Shown: in pieces, positions 1-11,901 of the stretch
How the letters are laid out: each line of letters opens with the position of its first letter
Position numbering within the stretch: the first letter of the stretch is position 1
Assembly (NCBI RefSeq): GCF_001194135.2
Contig: NC_068990.1
Span: forward strand, 11,548,291 to 11,612,290
Origin: Octopus bimaculoides
Lineage: Eukaryota
Direction of reading: 5' to 3'
DNA length: 64,000 bases
Made by a program: the position numbers and the translations under genes
Notes under the pieces: model-generated
What the model was told of the DNA's origin: nothing
Database searches by the model: none
The model's input: the letters and a program-made list of their open reading frames with translations, nothing else

Positions 1-164
1 CTACTAGTGACACCAGTTGTTTCAATGTAAATAATTCACAAATTCAATAATGCAGAAATAACTATTCATTACTGAAGGTTCAATATAGCATCCCAGTTTC
101 TAAAAAAATAGTCAAATGTCTCTCACATTAAATACTCTGTTTTAAAAATATTCTTTTCTACTCC

Positions 165-973
165 AGGCACAAGAACTGAAATTTTTGGAGAGTGGCTAGT
201 CAATTAGATAAACCCCAGTACACAACTGGTACTTAACTTATCGACCCAGAAAGGATGAACGGCAAAGTCAACCTCGGTGGAATTTGAACTCAGAATGTGA
301 AGACAGACGAAATACCACTGAGTATCTTGCCCGATGTGCTAACATTTCTGCCTGCTCACTGCTGGCAACATTCTGAGTTCAAATTCCACTGAGGTGGGCT
401 TTGCCTTTCATCCTTTCAGGGTCGATAAATTAAGTACCAGTGATGCACTGGGGTCGATGTAATCGACTTAATCCCTTTGTCTGTCCTTGTTTGTCCCCTC
501 TATGTTTAGCCCCTTGTGGGCAATAAAGAAATAAGATATTCTTTTCCATTCTAGACATAAGGCCTGAAAATTTTGGGGGAGGGGACCAGTCAATTAGATC
601 GATCCCAGTATGCAACTAATACTTTATTTATTGACCCCCAAAAAGATGAAAGGCAAAGTCGACCTCAGCGAAATTTGAACTCAGAATGTAAAGACAGACA
701 AAATACCACTAAGCATTTTGGCCAGCATGCTAACATTTCTTATTTCTTTACTGCCCATGAGGAGCTACACACAGAGGGGACAAACAAAGACAGACATACG
801 GATTAAGTCGATTATATCGAACCCAGTGCATAACTGGTACTTATTTAATCGACCCTGAAAGGACGAAAGGCAAAATCGACCTCGACGGAATTTGAACTCT
901 GAATGTAAAGACAGACAAAATACAGCTAAGCATTTCACCCGGCATGCTAACATTTCTGCCAGCTCGCCGCCTT
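165..973. mobile_element. Cluster of four family-A tRNA-derived SINEs (~165-362 -, ~366-536 +, ~548-738 -, ~739-973 -)
   Basis: Shared body TTCTGAGTTCAAATTCC..GAGGTCGACTTTGCCTTTCATCCTTTC.GGGTCGATAAATTAAGTACCAG with B-box-like GAGTTCAAATTCC, recurring about 20 times in the window; two different 3' tails. Confidence 0.9.
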
Positions 974-1826
974 CCTATTTTAAAAATACTAAAGACTCGT
1001 TAATTAATTAGCTTTAGTTTAGGTACAATACAGCAATTTTGAAGGTAGAGGATAAGTGGTTGCCGCTGAATCTGTACTTTACTGACATTTTATTTCATAA
1101 ACTTAAGAAGAAAGAAAAATAAAGTTGACCCGTTATAAGAAGTAAATTCAAAATATAAAATATTAAAGTAAATACCACCAGGCACTGTGTTCGACATGCT
1201 AATGATTCTGCCAGATCCCTACCTACAAGATTCATTAAATAGTGCAATCTTAGATATCCTTAAAAAAAACGATTGTTAAGGCTTGAATTCTATTGATGCT
1301 AGGCCTATTCTCTCACATTGATACAGCGCTAGACAACATAACCTATTGCACCTCTCACTAATATTGTGAAGTACATATAATGTAAGAGACATCCATTAAA
1401 CTGCTGAAGAGTATTATAATTTGACCATGCCAAATAACATAGCTCAATGAGATGCTGAAGTCATTTTAGTGCACCACTTTCACCACATAATTTCTGATCA
1501 AGTGCATTCTATCTCAAGTGATTGGGTGTGAATTCAACTACAGCAAATGGTACAACAAAGGCAATTTGTTCTGATTAGCTAGAGACACCTCATAACTAAA
1601 GGTAACAGGTGTGTCCAAGATCAAGGTATTGTAATGGTTCAATAAAGAATTTTGTATCAGAGTGAGTGATGTAACTAGATGAAGCGAAATAAGCAGCATT
1701 CAAAGAGCTGTAGAATCTTCTGATGCCATGTGCATCGGGTCCATTACGAAGTTTGTGTGTACTCCTTAACTATAGCATCTTTCATACGGTTTTGCCTTTT
1801 AAAAATGTGTTTAAAGCAAGCAGCTT

Positions 1827-2180
1827 ACAGTCCTGAAACATACATACATACATACACACATACACACACATATACACACATCCTTACATACACACATACA
1901 CATACATACCCATACATATGTACACACGTACATAAATACATACACACATGCATACATACACACACACAGATACACGTACATACATACACACATACATATA
2001 TACATGCACACATTCATGCTCACACATATGTACACACACATACATGCATACATGCATACACACATACATGCATACAGACATACACACACACACAAATGGA
2101 CACATACATGCATACATACATACATACACACATACATACACACACACATACTCACACATACACACACACACACACACATC
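1827..2180. repeat. Degenerate (CA/TACA)n compound microsatellite
   Basis: Direct reading; source of the HTYT/VCVC ORFs. Confidence 0.95.
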
Positions 2181-2194
2181 ACATGTGTATGCCT

Positions 2195-2419
2195 TTTACT
2201 TGTTTCAGTCATTAGATTGTGGCCATGCTGTGGCATCGAATCATATTTTGTATTTATCTTTTTAAAGCCTGGCACTTATTCTATAAGTGTCTTGTCCCAT
2301 ACCGCTAAGTTATGGGGGCATAAACAAACCTACACTGGTTGTCAAGCTATGTTAGAGGATGACCACAGACACAAGCACACATACACGCACTCCCACACAC
2401 ATATATGTATATATATACA

Positions 2420-2484
<65 letters not shown>

Positions 2485-2636
2485 GTGGGCTTCTTTCAGT
2501 TTCCATCTTCCAAATTCACTCACTAAGCTTTGGTCAGCCTGAGGTTTTAGTAGAAACCACTTGCACAACTTGCCAAGCTGTGGGACTGAACCCAGAAACA
2601 TACGGTTCAGAAGCAAACTTCTTACCACACAACCTC
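2195..2636 (-). mobile_element. Family-B SINE (internal (TA)n/(TG)n tract)
   Basis: Reverse complement of GGTAAGAAG.TTGCT..CAACCACATGGTT..GGTTCAGTCCCAC..GGAAACTGAAAGAAGCC..GACTGAAACAAGTAAAAG, homologous to copies at 8305, 9572, 22643, 46400, 50090. Confidence 0.85.
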
Positions 2637-2689
2637 ATGAATAGAAACAGATAAGCAACAGTGACATTCCAGATGTGGAAACAATTCTC

Positions 2690-2955
2690 TATTGCAGTCT
2701 TCACTCAGTCTTTGTAACAGACGTTACTGATTCCTAACATTTCGAGTGCGCATGTCGTCCTCAGTTGTGTACCTCTCGCGTTAAAGAAGTTTGTGATGTG
2801 ATGATGTTCTCTTGTATGCAGAGTGCCGTTGATATATTTCCACGATATGAGAAGTATTTCTGATACTTTGCTGATACGAGGATTGTTAATGATGTTGATC
2901 TAAGTAGTGCTGTTCTCTTGATGTAAATTTGATAAACATGTCTGGAATGTTTAAC
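2690..2955 (-). mobile_element. Highly decayed RTE-like LINE 3' fragment
   Basis: Broken minus-strand frames (..KVSEIL..) only weakly resemble the RTE C-terminal region. Confidence 0.3.
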
Positions 2956-3429
2956 TAGAAAAGCAAAAAGGTATTACACCGCTGCGAATATCTCATCGCT
3001 ACATTCACAAAAAAAAAAAACACCTCCTAAAACCTGAACATCTGATACAAAATCTAAATTGAAAATCCAAATATCTTATATGTTGTGTGTGTGGTACAAA
3101 CTGTTTTGTTTTTAAAGAGGATATGATGTTTCTCAATAATATATTGATACAAACACATGAAAAATATACCACAAACAAGTAAATATAAAAATACAAATAC
3201 TTGTTTTAGTATGACTGCTTTGATTTATAATCATTTCCATATATTATATTTACTTTAATACTTGTATCTTTCTTTGTACAGAATAATCATATGGTTTACA
3301 TTATATATTACAGCACTAAATTTGAAGCAACTTAGTATTTCATTCAGATTTACTGAATTATTTTGTAGACTGTGCACAAAAATATAATCTCATTTCGCTA
3401 GGAAACATTAATATTATTATATCTTTAAA

Positions 3430-3850
3430 TGTGGTGAGATGGTAGAATTGCTAAAACGTCAGAAAATGTGCATTGTGGCATTTCTCCCAGCTCTTTACAT
3501 TCTAACCTCAAATTCCGCTGAAGTCAACTCTGCTTTTCACCCTTTCTGAGTTGATAAAAAGTTCCAGTCTAGTATAGGAAGGAAGTGAGGGGCAATGTAA
3601 TCCTAGATTTGCTGGCCTTGTGCCCATATTCGAGACCCCTAAGCTGGGAGCTGGTAGGATCATTAACATGCGAGACTAAATGATTGGTGACATTTCATCC
3701 AGCTTTTTGCATCCTGAGATCAAGACCTGCTGAGGTCAACTTCACCATTCATCCTTTCAGAGTCTATCAAATAAAGTTCCAGGTGTTAATGTAGTCAATT
3801 TGCCCCCTCCTCTCAAAATTCTTAGCCTTGTGCCAAAATCAGAAAGAATA
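3430..3850 (+). mobile_element. Two tandem degenerate family-A SINEs
   Basis: GAGGTCAAC/CATCCTTTC body and GGCCTTGTGCC tail twice. Confidence 0.8.
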
Positions 3851-3897
3851 TTATTTTATACATATATCAATGTTTATAAATGTCTTTCTAATTTATA

Positions 3898-4014
3898 CAG
3901 GGTGTCCACAAAGTCTGAGTACATGGAGATTAACATGGAGGTTATTATTTCTTATGATGCATTGTTTGTTATGATTTTATTTACTCCATGTACCAAGACT
4001 TTGTGGACACAATG
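3898..4014. mobile_element. Tc1/mariner-type MITE, 117 bp
   Basis: TA|CAGGGTGTCCACAAAGTCTGAGTACATGGAG ... CTCCATGTACCAAGACTTTGTGGACACAATG|TA; ~31-33 bp TIRs and TA duplication. Confidence 0.9.
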
Positions 4015-4121
4015 TATATAGCAGGTTAAGTGATCAGTGACATAAACAAATTCATAGTATCTAAAGGAATCTAAGAACAACAGCAATAATGAATAAGTAT
4101 GTGTGTATAAATATATGTAAA

Positions 4122-4235
4122 GGTGATGGCTTAGTGGTTAGAATGTTACATTCATGGTTGCTAGCTTGCGGGTTTGATTCCCAGACTGGGTGATACATTG
4201 TATTCTTAAGGGAAAGCTCTTCATTTTACATTGCC
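4122..4235 (+). mobile_element. Partial tRNA-headed SINE (family D)
   Basis: TGGCTTAGTGGTTAG A-box and GGTTTGATTCCC B-box; body similar to 21830 and 35985 copies. Confidence 0.6.
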
Positions 4236-5405
4236 CTACGAGTAGGAGAGTGGCAGAATCATTGAAGTATTGGTAGAAATTCTCTACAGTATAGTTTCTG
4301 ACTTTCTACATTGTGAGTTCAAATCTCACTTGCCCAGAAAAGGCAGTGGGAACCACACCAGTATTCATCCCAAGTTTAATCATGGTAGCCGAAAGTCTAG
4401 TAATCTACGTCACAGTGGCAGTGGAGGCTACAGGCTCTCCCCTATTTTATAGGGAGTGCTGGAGAAGGTTCACATGCACAAGACCTACCTAAGGACAGAC
4501 TATCGCTAGACTGTATATATATATTAACTTTTGCTCTCCAAATCAATGTCCCTCATGGCCTTAAATCTCCATCTCTTTTCATTTAAACCCTTATCCACAT
4601 ACATTTGCACAACATCTCCTACTTTCTTTCTACCCCTTAAGTCTCTATGTCCCATGCACTTACCCTACACCATTTAACCATGCATGCTATTTTCGTTCAA
4701 ACTGCATATAATCCACTTACACACAATCGTGTGCACATACAATACTTCTTCTTACTCCATTCACGTTAGCACCCACTCTTCTTTTTACCTATTCCGCACA
4801 CACACACACACACACAACAGCACCTACACTTCCATATCTATCCTTACATGTACAGCAAAAAGTATAGAATCACACACTCACACTTCCTAACATCTATCAC
4901 TTTCCTCACCTTTATTGCACCCAGAACCTCTTCCCAAACTGATACACCGAACACCATCCTTCAGCACACACATACGTCAGATAGCCTTTTAAATGCATAC
5001 GAACGCCCTAACACTCTTACACACACAAGCACACAGTATACACACACACATCAACTTCATACACTTTGTCCAACAGACACATACATATACCAACTGAAAA
5101 CAGAGCATGCACACTCGCTCGCTCATGCATAAACACACCACAATGCACACACATGAATGCAAACAATATACAACACCCAATAGCATTATACACATATGTG
5201 TACCAACATTATGATGGATCTCCCAGCCCCCAGAAACAGCTGTTGGACTGGCAACACCTTATTTTCCTTCCTTTAATTCTCTCTGTTCTTATTCTGCGTA
5301 AGTTTGATCTCTTAATACATAAACATCTATGTATTTATACTTACAAATTCATCATCCGAAAATTCTTCAGTCTTTGCTTTCTTACTGTTTGCCAGTATAC
5401 ATATA

Positions 5406-6289
5406 TGAGGTCTGAGCAATAGGTATCCGGGCTGCTGCCTTAGTAACGAAGCTAAAACACGCAGAGTAAAACTACTTATCAAAAATTGACCTTGAACTCT
5501 GCTGTGCATGCGCCCTAAGTTTTAACATTCTAGCTTGCTTCCGCTGTTTGCAGCAGTGCTTGGAAAGAACGTGTGTAGCGTGTGATCATCGCATAGACTA
5601 TGACAGAGAAAGTTGTCATGATGATACTTACTCAGAGCCCTACACAGAGATGCAGAAAGAGTATGGAGAGGAGTGCATGAGTAGCACACAAGTGTACGAG
5701 TGGTTCAGACGTTTCCAAGATGACCGAAAAAATGTCGATATTTACGAACGTTCTGGGAGATCCGCAACCAGCAGAACTGAGAAAAACATCGCAGATGTGG
5801 GTGTAGCTGTGAGAGGAAATCGTCGAATCACCATCCGTGAGTTATGAGAAGATATGCAGATTACTTACAATTCAGTTCAGTCCATTATCACTGAAGATTT
5901 GGGTATGAGACGCGTGTCTGCCAAGTTTGTGCCAAAACTGTTTTCAGCTGACCAAAATGACACTCGGGTTTCAGTTGCACAAGATCTTCTTGATTGTGCC
6001 GAGAACGATGAAAACTTTGCGTAGACCTCTGAGCAGTTATCGCCAAGCTTTTGACAAAATTTGATGCACATTTTCAGCTCAGCTTTCTCTGTCATGTTCA
6101 AAGCGACGATCACACGCTACACACCTTCCTTCTAAGCACTGCTGTAAACATCAGGTCTGAGCTAGAATGTTAGAACTTAGTGCGCATGCACAACAGAGTT
6201 CAAAGTCAGTCTTTGCCAAGTGGCTTTACTCTGCATACTTTAGCTTTGTCACTATGGCAACAGTCCGGATACTTATTGATCAGACCTGG
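5406..6289 (+). mobile_element. Non-autonomous mariner derivative with an inverted duplicated 5' end
   Basis: TIRs TA|TGAGGTCTGAGCAATAGGTATCCGG and CCGGATACTTATTGATCAGACCTGG|TA; plus-strand transposase N-terminus (QVYEWFRRF..RSGRS..NRRITIREL*..LGMRRVSAKFVPKL); minus-strand MTEKAELKMCIKFCQKLG from the second copy of the 5' end. Confidence 0.9.
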
Positions 6290-6351
6290 TATATGCATTT
6301 TGTATATCATGCCCAAGCTGTTATATTTAAGTTCTTTATCCACATAATTGT

Positions 6352-6625
6352 GGAGTCGCAATGGCACAGTGGTTAGTGCAGCGGACTCGTGGTCGGAGGA
6401 TCGCGGTTTCGATTCCCAGACCGGGCGTTGTGTGTGTTTATTGAGCGAAAACACCTAAAGCTCCACGAGGCTCCGGCAGGGGGTAGTGGCGACCTCTGTT
6501 GTACTCTTTCTCTCACTCTTTCTTCCTGTTTCTTGAGTAACGCAGTGATGGACTGGCGTCCCATACGCCATAGAAACCGGGAAACCGGCCCCCATGAGCC
6601 TAGATAGGCTTTAAAAGGGCGCATA
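6352..6625 (+). mobile_element. Family-C tRNA-derived SINE
   Basis: tRNA-like head GCAATGGCACAGTGGTTAGTGCAGCGGACTCGTGGTCGGAGGATCGCGGTTTCGATTCCCAGACCGG; body shared with the 27190-27500 copy. Confidence 0.9.
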
Positions 6626-6949
6626 AGAAAAAAATAAAATAAATAAATAATCCACCTAGTTGCCTACACACACGTGTATACACATGCACATATGTTCGAT
6701 AACCTTTAGCACATACATAAACAGGAAATAAAAACACAAACACATTCTAAACGCACATAGCATACACTAATACTATAGTTTCATACGCATGCGTGCTTTC
6801 ACACATACACACATATATATGATAACCTCACACACACATATATGTCTGGTAGCCTGATACACAGACGTGCATGCCAGGTCACTGTTATCTGCCTTACCAT
6901 CCGCACCTCAATCCAACATTTTCCTCTTCTGGTCATTTTAACATATCTT

Positions 6950-7310
6950 GACTATTTAATTCAGACATTTTTTTCTCTTGTTTTTCCCTCGTCACCTATC
7001 TTTTCAGTAAAAGAGTGCATGCTTGAAACGTTGAAGACTTCTTCTATTTTTACTCAGCGTTAACTAATACACTCTCTGTGTTTTTCTTTTATCCCGTCCT
7101 TGTGGTTCTTGTATTTTGGGGCCGTGTGCGTATATAATGTTGAAATCTACAGAAAAACAAGAGACGAAGACAGGTGCATGAACAACAAACATGTGAATTA
7201 GTTTTACGCTTGAGAAAGTGAAAAAGTATTTTACGTTTCGAGTCTACGCTCTTCAACAGAGAGAATTAGGTGAAAATAAGTGGAGAAGAAATAAAATTTA
7301 AAAAAACTTG
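6950..7310. mobile_element. Inverted pair of Penelope-like pseudo-LTR segments carrying minimal hammerhead-like motifs
   Basis: Plus copy TCTTTTCAGTAAAAGAGTGCATGCTTGAAACGTTGAAGAC (6999-7038); minus copy CTGTTGAAGAGCGTAGACTCGAAACGTAAAATAC (7226-7259); downstream flanks also match (CTCAGCGTTAACTAATACAC vs CTCAAGCGTAAAACTAATTCAC). Confidence 0.6.
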
Positions 7311-7387
7311 TAGATTTCAGCGCTCCAACATACGCACACACACATGTACGAATACACACACGCACGGGTGCACACACACGCACGGGT

Positions 7388-7430
<43 letters not shown>

Positions 7431-8249
7431 CACACGTCATATTAATAGCTTTATATCTTTACAGTAAGGAATCCGCTACACTAAAGTGATAGGTTCAAAG
7501 TTATAAAACAAGCAAAAAGAATAATGATTATAGTAATAAATGCAAAGGATAGCGAAAGGAAGTAGGGGCGATAATACTTGGTCTGCTTTATACAGAATGT
7601 GTTAGTGGGAAAAAGATGCTGACTTTCACTGACAATAGCAAAAGGAACGAAAAGAACCTCAATGAATCAACAAAGAGATGCCTAATCTTGCACATACACA
7701 CACAGGTTATATTTACATTCATACATACATGCGCACTTACAGACATGTACACACTTACAGACATGCGCGCACATATACACGCTGAGAACTATAGTAGTTT
7801 GTCTTGCTGAAGAGGTTTGTAGGTTGTTAGGTAATGGGGCGATAATGGATAATGTAAGCACTGACTGTTAAAAACCGACGCCAAAGATTTTATTTATTTA
7901 TCTTAATTGGAGTGAAATTTAAAAACAAAAATCAGTGCTTTAGCGCATGCGCCGTAATGCAAGCAATTATTGTTTGCTAGACATAATTTTCGTAAATTTC
8001 AACATTCAAAAATTTACTGTTACTTTTCTATTATCTATAATAATATTTTGTTATAACCATGAAATGAGCTGGACGACATAATCTATTATACATACACCGT
8101 TTATAATATCCGCGAGACAACTGACCAATAACAATGGGAAAATATCTATTATAGATACAGAACATACAATGTATTAATAATTAAAACTTTTCACTGCGAA
8201 TTAAATATTTTAAATTAACTGATATATATATATATATGTGTGTGTGTGC

Positions 8250-8301
<52 letters not shown>

Positions 8302-8304
8302 TTG

Positions 8305-8682
8305 CAGGAGTGGCNNNNNNNNNNAGTAACTTGATTACCAAACACATGGTCCCGGGTTCAGTCCCGCTGCATGGCACATTGGGCTGGTGTCTTCTAAAGG
8401 CTAGGGCCGACCAAAGCCTTGTGAGTAGATTTGGGAGATGGAAACTGAAAGAAGCCCGTCGTATACATGTATGTATATGTGTGTATGTGTGTGCGTGTGT
8501 GTGTGTTGCCCCACCCCCACCCGATGCAGGTCCCAGTCAACTAGCGGTTCGGCAAAAAAACGATAAAATAAGTACTAGGCTTACAAATAATAAGTATAAG
8601 TCCTGGGGTCAGTTTGTTCGACTAAAGGCGGTACTCCAGCTTGGCCGCAGTCAAATGACTGAAACACGTAAAAGAATATATA
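8305..8682 (+). mobile_element. Family-B SINE
   Basis: Full head-to-tail match to the other family-B copies. Confidence 0.9.
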
Positions 8683-9442
8683 NNNNNNNNNNNNNNNNNN
8701 NNNNNNNNNNNNNNNNNNNNNNNNNNNNNNNNNNNNNNNNNNNNNNNNNNNNNNNNNNNNNNNNNNNNNNNNNNNNNNNNNNNNNNNNNNNNNNNNNNNN
8801 NNNNNNNNNNNNNNNNNNNNNNNNNNNNNNNNNNNNNNNNNNNNNNNNNNNNNNNNNNNNNNNNNNNNNNNNNNNNNNNNNNNNNNNNNNNNNNNNNNNN
8901 NNNNNNNNNNNNNNNNNNNNNNNNNNNNNNNNNNNNNNNNNNNNNNNNNNNNNNNNNNNNNNNNNNNNNNNNNNNNNNNNNNNNNNNNNNNNNNNNNNNN
9001 NNNNNNNNNNNNNNNNNNNNNNNNNNNNNNNNNNNNNNNNNNNNNNNNNNNNNNNNNNNNNNNNNNNNNNNNNNNNNNNNNNNNNNNNNNNNNNNNNNNN
9101 NNNNNNNNNNNNNNNNNNNNNNNNNNNNNNNNNNNNNNNNNNNNNNNNNNNNNNNNNNNNNNNNNNNNNNNNNNNNNNNNNNNNNNNNNNNNNNNNNNNN
9201 NNNNNNNNNNNNNNNNNNNNNNNNNNNNNNNNNNNNNNNNNNNNNNNNNNNNNNNNNNNNNNNNNNNNNNNNNNNNNNNNNNNNNNNNNNNNNNNNNNNN
9301 NNNNNNNNNNNNNNNNNNNNNNNNNNNNNNNNNNNNNNNNNNNNNNNNNNNNNNNNNNNNNNNNNNNNNNNNNNNNNNNNNNNNNNNNNNNNNNNNNNNN
9401 NNNNNNNNNNNNNNNNNNNNNNNNNNNNNNNNNNNNNNNNNT
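8683..9442. other. Assembly gap (N-run); other gaps at about 8315-8324, 18563-18889, 25812-25821, 34391-34605, 36664-36810, 51871-52490, 54363-54417, 59296-59505, 61745-61878
   Basis: Runs of n, mostly flanked by (TA)n. Confidence 1.
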
Positions 9443-9571
9443 TATCTACAGCACAGTGAATCAGATAACGTTTTTCTTGGCTCAAGTCTACCCATACCCA
9501 ATATACTTTTATATGAAAATAAAGATGCACAGCTAAGAATTAAGATTCCTTTAAGAGTTACCAGTATAGTT

Positions 9572-9878
9572 ATGGTCGGTAAGTAGCTTGCTTACCAACC
9601 ACATGGTTCCGTGTTCAGTCTCACAGCGTGGCACCTTGGGCAAATATCTTCCACTATAGCCTCGGGCCAACCAAAGCCTTGTGAGTGGATTTGGTCGACG
9701 GAAACTGAGAGAAGCCTGTTGTATATGTATATATATATATATGTCGTGTATATGTATATATGTGTGTATGTGTGTGTGTCTGTGTACGAAGACTAAGTCC
9801 TGGGGTCGATTTGTTCAACTAAAAAGGCGGTGCTCCAGCATGGCCGCTGTCAAATGACTGAAACAAATAAAAGAATAA
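9572..9878 (+). mobile_element. Family-B SINE (internally deleted)
   Basis: GGTAAGTAGCTTGCTTACCAACCACATGGTTCC..GGCGGTGCTCCAGCATGGCCGC.GTCAAATGACTGAAAC. Confidence 0.9.
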
Positions 9879-10036
9879 ATATATGCGCGTGTGTGCTTGT
9901 GTGTATGTATGTATGTATGTACGTACGTATGTATGTATAGGTTGTCTTCGATTTCTTTCTATAATTAACAGAATTCTTTGAACAATTTTTAAATAAAAAA
10001 ATTTCTTTCCACTGTTTACAGTGAGATCTGAAACGG

Positions 10037-10607
10037 TTATTTGTATATTTATTTTTTTAATTCCTTGAGGCAGCTTCGAACGCAAAATACACTGGGTGCT
10101 GTTGTGTACGTCATACAACAACGTCTCTCCTTTACGATGAAAGTATGCTCATAATATACTCGACTCACTGGCGTCCGAGTATCTGAGACACCGGTGTTTC
10201 AGCATGTAATCTCTCATCAGCCAAAATCACCCCAATCGAAGCTGCTGGCTTTGATTATACTTCTGGCTATCAAATTGTTTGCCGATCAGTACATATACCT
10301 GCCAACCGATAGAAAAAATATATCATTATTCTCACTGAGTGCAGCAAAGCACCGACTGGCAAACAATTTATTTGCAGAAAGTATAAACAAAGCCAGCAGC
10401 TTTGTCTAGGTCCAAAGACCCGGACGCTTCCGGCAGACGAGACTCATGCTAGAGCACCAGTGTCCCAGAAGTCCAAGCGTTAATAAGTCAATACTTATTG
10501 AAAACTCCATCATCGTAATAGTGAGACGTTATTCTATGATATTACAACGATCAATGTATTTTGCATTCGAACCTGCCTGGATATATTAAGAATAAATATA
10601 CAAATAA
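10037..10607. repeat. 571-bp imperfect palindrome (foldback)
   Basis: Left arm TTATTTGTATATTTATT..TTCGAACGCAAAATACAC..AAGCTGCTGGCTTTGATTATACTT..AAATTGTTTGCC matches the reverse complement of the right arm TTATTTGTATATTTATT..TTCGAATGCAAAATACAT..AAGCTGCTGGCTTTGTTTATACTT..AAATTGTTTGCC; centre near 10322 with essentially no spacer. Confidence 0.9.
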
Positions 10608-10841
10608 TCATTAATATTTAAATAATTTTAATATTATATTGCCAACATTTTCTCAGGAACAGTTGCATACAAGCCTCCCATAACGCGTTCGATTACTGAG
10701 GCAAAGTTAAGACGTTCGCTTATTGAGGCAAGGTTCAAATAAAAGTTAAGCTTTAAGCTAGTACGAGTAAAACTGGTGCGAGCATATTTGCAGAGAAGAT
10801 CCACCCTAAAACTTTATATAAACTACCTATGTGGTACCATA

Positions 10842-11132
10842 TTGTTGTTGTTGGCACTACGTCGCTTACGACGTCGAGGGTTCCAGTTGGTCCGATCAAC
10901 GGAACAGCCTACTCGTGAAATTAACGTGCAAGTGGCTGAGCACTCCACAGACACGTGTACCCTTAACGTAGTTCTCGGGAATATTCAGCTTGACACAGTG
11001 TGATAAGGCTGACCCTTTGAATTACAGGTACAACAGAAACAGGAAGAAAGAGTGAGAGAAAGCTGTGGTGGAAGAGTACAGCAGGGTTCGCCACCATCCA
11101 CTGCCCTAACCACTGGGCCATTGCACCCCCAC
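10842..11132 (-). mobile_element. Family-C SINE (internally deleted) with (CAA)n tail
   Basis: Matches 27190-27500 (GTACCCTTAACGTAGTTCTCGGG, CTAACCACTGGGCCATTG). Confidence 0.9.
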
Positions 11133-11756
11133 GGTACTATATACTATAGCAAGAATTATGGTTTCAGAAAAAGGAAAGAGAACGTCAGATGAAGTCATGT
11201 ATTTCATGAGGCCTTATAAAACTCCAACAATTTTATTGCTTTCAAAGTAAACACAAAGGTAGAAATTCCCAAAGTACACGAGTACTGCTAGTATGTGTAC
11301 GTAGGTATCATACACACACATGCATAATTGTATATATATATTTATATGCAGTCTTATGCATATATAGACACCCACATACTCACATGTGCATACAAATACA
11401 CACACATACATACACGTGTGCGTGTTTGTAAAGCCTAGCCAGATTATATGACAGACAGTTATAAATCCTAGTTGAATATACATATATGATTAATATATAT
11501 TTTCTTTCTAAATCTCTTGGAATTTCAAATTTGGTTTTTATCTATTTATTCAGGTTTGATTTTCATGGCATTCCTATTATTATTGTTTTTGTTGTTGACA
11601 GCAACAACGTCGACAATAATAATAACAACTACAACACAGTTACCACCATTTTAATGACAAGTTGGTCGAGCATCATAACATTCTCAAGCAAAACACCCTT
11701 CTCATTTCTTCCACCATTTCTACTATCGACATCAGCGCCGTCTATTGCACTTGCAG

Positions 11757-11901
11757 CTACAATAACACAGAGCGTGGCTGCTGCCAGTTCTTCGCAAATG
11801 TACTTGTAGCAGAAGACCGATTCGATTTATCGGGAGAAAATCCGTAGTCACTCTTAGAGTTCATTCCAGAAGATGATAAAAATGCTGCATTCGTCGTGTC
11901 C
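11757..11901 (-). CDS. Candidate terminal coding exon of an unidentified gene: (R)DTTNAAFLSSSGMNSKSDYGFSPDKSNRSSATSTFAKNWQQPRSVLL*
   Basis: Strong minus-strand acceptor TTTTTTGCGTTTTGCTTCATTTTCAG|G, 47 open non-repetitive codons to TAG, AATAAA near 11545-11550; no homolog recognised. Confidence 0.35.

Noticed and set aside
1730-2654. Overlapping 100-216 aa ORFs (HTYT, VCVC, YIYI)
   Set aside because: Translations of dinucleotide and tetranucleotide microsatellites, which lack stop codons; the same applies to similar ORFs at 18-19 kb, 22 kb, 39 kb, 46 kb, 48 kb and 57 kb
6352-6425. tRNA-like sequence with A and B boxes (also 27425-27500)
   Set aside because: Runs directly into a repeated SINE body with no proper acceptor stem or terminator; SINE head, not a tRNA gene
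8238-9536. 432-aa and 302-aa ORFs; also the long ORFs at 18.3-19.1, 34.1-34.7, 36.5-37.0, 51.6-52.7, 59.2-59.5 and 61.5-61.9 kb
   Set aside because: Length comes from N-gaps translated as X
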